DNA of 48,347 nt from Methanomicrobiales archaeon (GTDB lineage Archaea; Halobacteriota; Methanomicrobia; Methanomicrobiales; JACTUA01): NCBI GenBank assembly GCA_035506435.1, contig DATJPK010000166.1, forward strand, positions 1-48,347, given 5' to 3'. Made by a program: the position numbers and the translations under genes. This document shows, piece after piece, positions 44,206 to 48,347 of this stretch. The notes below the pieces were generated by a model. That model ran no database searches, was not told the origin of the DNA, and saw nothing but the letters and a program-made list of their open reading frames with translations. How positions within the stretch are numbered: the stretch's first letter is position 1; every line of letters begins with the position of its first letter.

Positions 44206-45411
44206 TCACGGGATGATGACCCGGTACCCTGCCGACTCCACCTGGCCGACGAGCTCCTGCCCATGCTCCCTGTCCCTCGTCTCGATCTCGACGTAAATCC
44301 GGACCTGCTGCACCGGGAGATCCCGTCCTCCCCTGAGGTGCTGGATCTGGAGGACGTTCCCGCCGGACCGGGCGATCGTGGCGAGGAGGCCAGCGAGGGA
44401 GCCCGGCACGTCGCCGATGACCACCTCCGCCTGGAGGATCCTCCCGCTCCCGGCGAGCCCCCGGTGGATCACCCGCTCGAGGAGCGGGGTATCCACGTTC
44501 CCGCCGCTCACGACGAGGACAACCCGGGCCCCCGGGGCGGCCCGGACCTTCCCGGCGAGGAGGGCGGCAAGGGGCGCCGCCCCCGCACCCTCGGCGATGA
44601 CCTTCTTGCGCTCCAGGAGGAGGAGCATGGCCTCCGCGATCTCCTCCTCCCCGGCGAGCAGGATGTCATCGACGAGGTCCCGGATGGCCGGAAAGGCAAG
44701 GTCACCGACCTGCCTGACCCGGATGCCGTCTGCAAGGGTCGTGCCCGCCGGGACGAGCACCGGCTTTCCCGCCGCGAGCGCCTCCACCGCCGACGGGCAG
44801 GCGGCAGCCTGCACCCCCATGACCCGTGTGTCCGGTCTGATCCCCTTTACCGCTGTTGCGATCCCGGCGATGAGCCCCCCGCCCCCGACCGGCACCACGA
44901 CGAGGTCTGTCGCCGGGAGGTCCTCAAGGATCTCGAGCCCGATGGTGCCCTGGCCGGCGATGACCCGGGGATCGTCGAAGGCGGGGATATAGGTCATCCC
45001 GGACGCCGCGAGCTCGAGGGCATGGCCGATGCTCTCCTCGAGTGTCTCCCCCGAGAGGATGACCTCCGCGCCGTAGGACCGGGCCGCCGCCTGCTTCGAG
45101 ACCGATGCCCATGCCGGCATCACGACCGTCGCGGGGACCCCCGCGAGCCCGGCGGCAACCGCCACCCCCTGCGCATGGTTGCCGGCCGATGCCGCGATGA
45201 CCCCCTTCCTCCCGATCTCTCCCTGCCGGGCGAGGATCCGGTTCACCGCCCCCCGCACCTTGAAGGACCCCGCCTTCTGCATGGTTTCGAGTTTCAGGTA
45301 GACCTCATACCCGGACATGGCGGAAAATGTGGGGGAGTAGACGAGCGGGGTGCGGATGATGTGCGGGGCGATCCGCTCCTTTGCCTCCCTCACATCGGAG
45401 ATGGTGATCAT
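44206..45411 (-). CDS. ilvA: threonine ammonia-lyase (PLP-dependent, short form with a C-terminal ACT-like domain)
   Basis: PLP-lysine motif GSFKVRGA, plus GNHAQG and GGGGL loops. C-terminal regulatory domain ~80 aa. Confidence 0.9.
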   Translation of the reverse strand: MITISDVREAKERIAPHIIRTPLVYSPTFSAMSGYEVYLKLETMQKAGSFKVRGAVNRILARQGEIGRKGVIAASAGNHAQGVAVAAGLAGVPATVVMPAWASVSKQAAARSYGAEVILSGETLEESIGHALELAASGMTYIPAFDDPRVIAGQGTIGLEILEDLPATDLVVVPVGGGGLIAGIATAVKGIRPDTRVMGVQAAACPSAVEALAAGKPVLVPAGTTLADGIRVRQVGDLAFPAIRDLVDDILLAGEEEIAEAMLLLLERKKVIAEGAGAAPLAALLAGKVRAAPGARVVLVVSGGNVDTPLLERVIHRGLAGSGRILQAEVVIGDVPGSLAGLLATIARSGGNVLQIQHLRGGRDLPVQQVRIYVEIETRDREHGQELVGQVESAGYRVIIP

Positions 45412-45497
45412 ACGGGAAGTGAATACCCCGCGATCCTTATGACCGTTCCGGTTGCGGGACTCTATATCTCCTCCCGGGGCAATATCTGAGGGGAACC

Positions 45498-46625
45498 GTG
45501 TACTACCACCTCATCCTCACCGACGACTGCAACCTCTCATGCAGCTACTGCCGGGGAAAGCCGTTCCCCGACCCGGTCCCGGGGGACCACGGCCCCGGGG
45601 TCGACCTCGACCTCGACCTCCCCGTCGAGCTGGACTATGACCTGGAAATCCTCTACCGGTTCCTCGCCCGGGACCCGGACGCCTCCGTGATCTTCTACGG
45701 CGGAGAGCCCCTCCTGCGCCCCGACCTCGTCTGCGAGGTGGTGGAGCATGCCCCCGCGAGACAGTTCCTCGTGCAGACGAACGGACTCCTCCTCGACCGG
45801 CTCCCGGGAGACGTGCTGAACCGGCTCGGCACCATCCTCGTCTCCATCGACGGTCCGCGGGAGACCACGGATGCCTGCCGTGGGGAGGGGACCTTCGACC
45901 GGGTGATGGCAAGCCTGGAATCCATCGCCTCCCATGGCTATCCCGGGGAGATCATCGCCCGGATGACGGTAACCGAGAGAACCGATATTGCCGCCGCTGT
46001 CCGGTTCCTCGCCGATAACCCTGGCTTCCCCTTCTCCTCCATCCACTGGCAGCTCGACGCCGACCTCGCCTTTGACGCCGGGAGCCGTGCCTTCGCCGGC
46101 TGGGCCGACCGGGACTATGACCCGGGCATTGTCTCCCTCATCGGGGACTGGGTCGGGAGGATGGAGAAGACCGGCAGGGTCCCGAGATGGTACCCCTTCA
46201 TCGACCCGATGGAGGACCTCCTCACCGGCAGGGCAAGCCCGCTCCGGTGCGGGGCTGGTCACGCGAACCTCACCATCATGACCGACGGCTCCATCGGCCC
46301 CTGCCCGTGCATGGTCGGGCTCCGGGACCACTACCTCGGTCACGTCCGGGATGCCGACCCTGCCGCACTGGCCGGGCGATCCCCCGATCTTGAGGGCTGC
46401 TCGGGGTGCAGCCTCCTCTCCTTCTGCGGCGGGAGATGCCTCTATGCCCGGGCGCTCAACCCATGGCCGGCAGAAATGCGGCGGGCCGTCTGCGGGACGG
46501 TGGAGAACCTCCACCGGGGACTCACGGGCGTCCTGCCCCGGGTCCGGGCCCTCATCGCGGACGGGGTGATTTCTCTCGAAGACTTTGCCCATCCCCGGTA
46601 TAACGGCTGCGAGATCATCCCCTAG
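45498..46625 (+). CDS. radical SAM / SPASM-domain protein (archaeal 'putative peptide-modifying' type; possibly the AF0577/TIGR04084-like family)
   Basis: GTG start. CNLSCSYC (CX3CX2C) at residues 11-18. C-terminal SPASM cysteines CGAGHANLTIMTDGSIGPCPC and CSGCSLLSFCGGRC (CX2CX5CX3C). Confidence 0.85.
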   Translation: MYYHLILTDDCNLSCSYCRGKPFPDPVPGDHGPGVDLDLDLPVELDYDLEILYRFLARDPDASVIFYGGEPLLRPDLVCEVVEHAPARQFLVQTNGLLLDRLPGDVLNRLGTILVSIDGPRETTDACRGEGTFDRVMASLESIASHGYPGEIIARMTVTERTDIAAAVRFLADNPGFPFSSIHWQLDADLAFDAGSRAFAGWADRDYDPGIVSLIGDWVGRMEKTGRVPRWYPFIDPMEDLLTGRASPLRCGAGHANLTIMTDGSIGPCPCMVGLRDHYLGHVRDADPAALAGRSPDLEGCSGCSLLSFCGGRCLYARALNPWPAEMRRAVCGTVENLHRGLTGVLPRVRALIADGVISLEDFAHPRYNGCEIIP

Positions 46626-46685
46626 GGCGGTCCACCACCCGCGATCCCGCTCGTTTTATAAGGGGGGATTATGAGATGATGCTCG

Positions 46686-48218
46686 ATGGAGATCCAGTCC
46701 CGCATCCGGGAGCTCGAACGGGAGGTGGGAAGGCTCTCCCGGGTTCAGAAGATCCTCCTCGGGACCGACGGGTCCGTCACCCGCATCCTCGAGGTCATCA
46801 CCGGCGGCAGGGTCCGGATCACCACCCTCTCGCAGGAAGTGGTCGGGGCCGGGAAGGAGGTGGCCGGCCAACTCCGGGTCAGGGAGGGCGACCCTGTCAA
46901 CCACCGGGTCGTGAAGATCGAGGGGGAACAGGGCACGCCGACCCTCATCTATGCCGTCTCGGACACTCCGCTCGGCAGGCTCTCGCCGGGCTTTCGCGAG
47001 GACCTCATGCGGGCGGACATCCCGATCGGGAAGATCCTCGCGAGCCACCGGATCGAGGCGAGGAGAGAAATCCTCGACGCACGGGTGATCCCCGCCGGGG
47101 AGGAGCATGCCGGGATCTTCGGGATCTTCAGGAAGGAGCCGGTGCTCTCCCGCCGGTACCAGATCATCCACCAGGGGGAGCCGCTCATCTCCATCGAGGA
47201 GCAGTTTCCCTACCATGCCTTCCTTGACGAACGGCAGGTGATCGTCGAGACCCCTTCCCGGATCCACCTCGGGCTCATCGACATGCACGGCGGCATCGGG
47301 AGGGTGGACGGGGGTATCGGGATCGCCCTCGCGGAGCCCGGTATCCTCCTTGATGTGAGCCAGGCGCAGGAGACCGTCGCAACCGGGGGTGACGAACGGG
47401 CGAGGGCCATCGCGGAGAGGGTCGCATCCCGGGTCCTTGCCGCGACCCGCATGCCAGGCGGGGTGGCTGTCACCCTGCGGAGAGTGTACCCCTCCCACGT
47501 CGGGCTCGGGAGCGGCTCCCAGATCGCCCTTGCCGTTGCCCGGGGCATCTCCGCGATCTTCGGCCTCGACCTCCCCCCGCAGGAGCTCGCCCGCATGGCC
47601 GGCCGGGGCGGGACATCGGGGATCGGGACCGCGGCCTTCGACCGCGGGGGATTCATCGTGGACGGAGGGCATGCATTCGGCGCCGGGGCGGAGAAGGCCG
47701 ACTTCCGGCCGTCTGCTGCATCCGGCGGCGTCCGGCCTGCCCCTGTGATCGCACGGCATGACTTCCCCCCCGACTGGCGAATCGTGCTCGCCACCCCCCG
47801 GATCCCCGCCGGCGCGAGCGGTGGAGCGGAGGTGGACGTCTTCCGGACCGCCTGTCCCGTGCCCCTCGACGAGGTGCGGGAGACCTGCCACGAGGTGCTC
47901 ATGCGCATGCTCCCCGGGGTGGTCGACCGTGACCTCGACCTCTTCGGCCGGGCGGTAAACCGGATCCAGGAGCTCGGGTTCAAGAAGGTGGAACTGTCCC
48001 TCCAGCCCGCCACCATCCCCGGGCTCATGGACGTGATGCGGGACGCCGGGGCGTCCTGTGCGGGCATGTCCTCCTTCGGGCCCACCGTGTATGCCGTCAC
48101 CGATATCGGTGCGGCCGGGGTCCTCGCCGCTGCCGAGGGGTTCCTCGCTGACCACGGCGGCGGGGAGGCCTGGGTCTCCGCTCCCCGGAACACCGGTGCA
48201 ATGATAAGGGTTGCCTGA
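46686..48218 (+). CDS. fusion protein: N-terminal UbiC-like (chorismate pyruvate-lyase/DUF98 fold) domain plus C-terminal beta-ribofuranosylaminobenzene 5'-phosphate (beta-RFAP) synthase (GHMP-kinase fold)
   Basis: The N-terminal ~175 aa carry LLGTDGSVTRILE, IPIGKILA and LSRRYQIIHQGEPLISIEEQF. These align with E. coli UbiC LLLEDSMTKRFE, TPLGRYLF and GRRSRLRLSGKPLLLTELF. The C-terminal ~330 aa carry ETPSRIHLGLIDM and the GHMP motif PSHVGLGSGSQIALAVA. Confidence 0.8.
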   Translation: MEIQSRIRELEREVGRLSRVQKILLGTDGSVTRILEVITGGRVRITTLSQEVVGAGKEVAGQLRVREGDPVNHRVVKIEGEQGTPTLIYAVSDTPLGRLSPGFREDLMRADIPIGKILASHRIEARREILDARVIPAGEEHAGIFGIFRKEPVLSRRYQIIHQGEPLISIEEQFPYHAFLDERQVIVETPSRIHLGLIDMHGGIGRVDGGIGIALAEPGILLDVSQAQETVATGGDERARAIAERVASRVLAATRMPGGVAVTLRRVYPSHVGLGSGSQIALAVARGISAIFGLDLPPQELARMAGRGGTSGIGTAAFDRGGFIVDGGHAFGAGAEKADFRPSAASGGVRPAPVIARHDFPPDWRIVLATPRIPAGASGGAEVDVFRTACPVPLDEVRETCHEVLMRMLPGVVDRDLDLFGRAVNRIQELGFKKVELSLQPATIPGLMDVMRDAGASCAGMSSFGPTVYAVTDIGAAGVLAAAEGFLADHGGGEAWVSAPRNTGAMIRVA

Positions 48219-48299
48219 CGACCGGCCCGCCCTCCCGGACGAGCGGCGAGGGGTTTATGGGGTCCCGCGATAACAAGGGAGAGGACCAGGTGGGCCCGA

Positions 48300-48347
48300 T
48301 TGGCTGATATCATCGTCGCAGAGGATCTCGAGAAGCGGTACGGCGAC
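48300..48347 (+). CDS. possible ABC transporter ATP-binding protein, first 16 codons only
   Basis: TTG start preceded by GGAGAGGA. (M)ADIIVAEDLEKRYGD is a typical ABC ATPase N-terminus. Too short for certainty. Confidence 0.35.
   Translation, partial: MADIIVAEDLEKRYGD

Noticed and set aside
44025-44264. 79-aa minus-strand ORF and the ~170-bp gap between the small basic protein's promoter and the ilvA 3' end, considered as a possible gene or ncRNA.
   Set aside because: The ORF overlaps the ilvA 3' end out of frame and has poor composition. I saw no stable structure or promoter beyond the one assigned to the small basic gene. It is left as plain intergenic or 3' UTR sequence.
45439-45489. 16-codon ORF (MTVPVAGLYISSRGNI) ending 8 nt before the radical SAM/SPASM gene, considered as a precursor peptide.
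   Set aside because: It is very short and lies in the 86-bp divergent promoter region shared with ilvA. A TATA-like CTATATC inside it is positioned to start a leaderless rSAM transcript, which would exclude the ORF. I see no conserved-looking leader or core features. It is only worth revisiting if homologous mini-ORFs precede orthologous rSAM genes.
1-48347. Searches for rRNA, RNase P/SRP RNA, C/D-box sRNAs, inteins, in-frame TAG (pyrrolysine) or TGA (selenocysteine) recoding, and IS elements.
   Set aside because: I could not recognise any of these signatures by eye: no conserved CR-I/SRP motifs, no convincing RUGAUGA...CUGA pairs, and no interrupted conserved genes. This is absence of evidence only; covariance-model scans (Infernal/Rfam) would be decisive.

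Overview
High-GC (by eye about two-thirds G+C; not computed), very densely coding archaeal chromosome segment. The gene content suggests a Methanomicrobiales-type methanogen (inference): a YcaO 'methanogenesis marker', a beta-RFAP synthase for methanopterin, NikR, AglB, a PEF-CTERM surface protein, and the archaeal aIF2-gamma/Rpo7/Spt4/S24e/S27ae/Kae1-Bud32 cluster. I can support about 50 protein genes and 2 tRNAs (Gly-UCC, Val-CAC). I see no rRNA, CRISPR array, transposase or integrase.

Main blocks:
- 1-7.3 kb: housekeeping genes (purA, amidotransferase, HAD hydrolase, a lone SPPY DNA methyltransferase, sufCB, pcm, cyclase).
- 7.3-20.6 kb: one co-directional N-glycosylation supraoperon (glmM, two glmU-like genes, glmS, a WbpD/E/B/A-like set, a GT4 glycosyltransferase, aglB), followed by an HDAC-family gene.
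- 21.6-24.1 kb: an AT-rich gene-free island, a TfuA-less ycaO, a small protein ending in GGG, and nikR.
- 24.1-30.6 kb: a conserved translation/transcription supraoperon.
- 30.7-48.3 kb: mixed genes (htpX, ROK kinase, M20 peptidase, a lower-GC orphan membrane protein next to the tRNA pair, htrA, ogt, an NHL/PEF-CTERM protein, HEPN, a LonC-like protease plus UPF0216, a small duplicated basic protein, threonine ammonia-lyase, a radical SAM/SPASM enzyme, a UbiC-like::beta-RFAP synthase fusion).

The many long antisense ORFs in the track look like high-GC artefacts.

Best candidates for undescribed biology, all hypotheses that need searches I cannot run:
- the ycaO locus (no TfuA, a shared TATA element with a GGG-terminated small protein, and an adjacent promoter-bearing AT island with a 41-codon ORF or sRNA);
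- the radical SAM/SPASM gene next to the UbiC-like::RFAP synthase fusion;
- the lower-GC orphan membrane protein beside the tRNAs;
- the LonC-like protease translationally coupled to UPF0216;
- the internally duplicated 71-aa basic protein.
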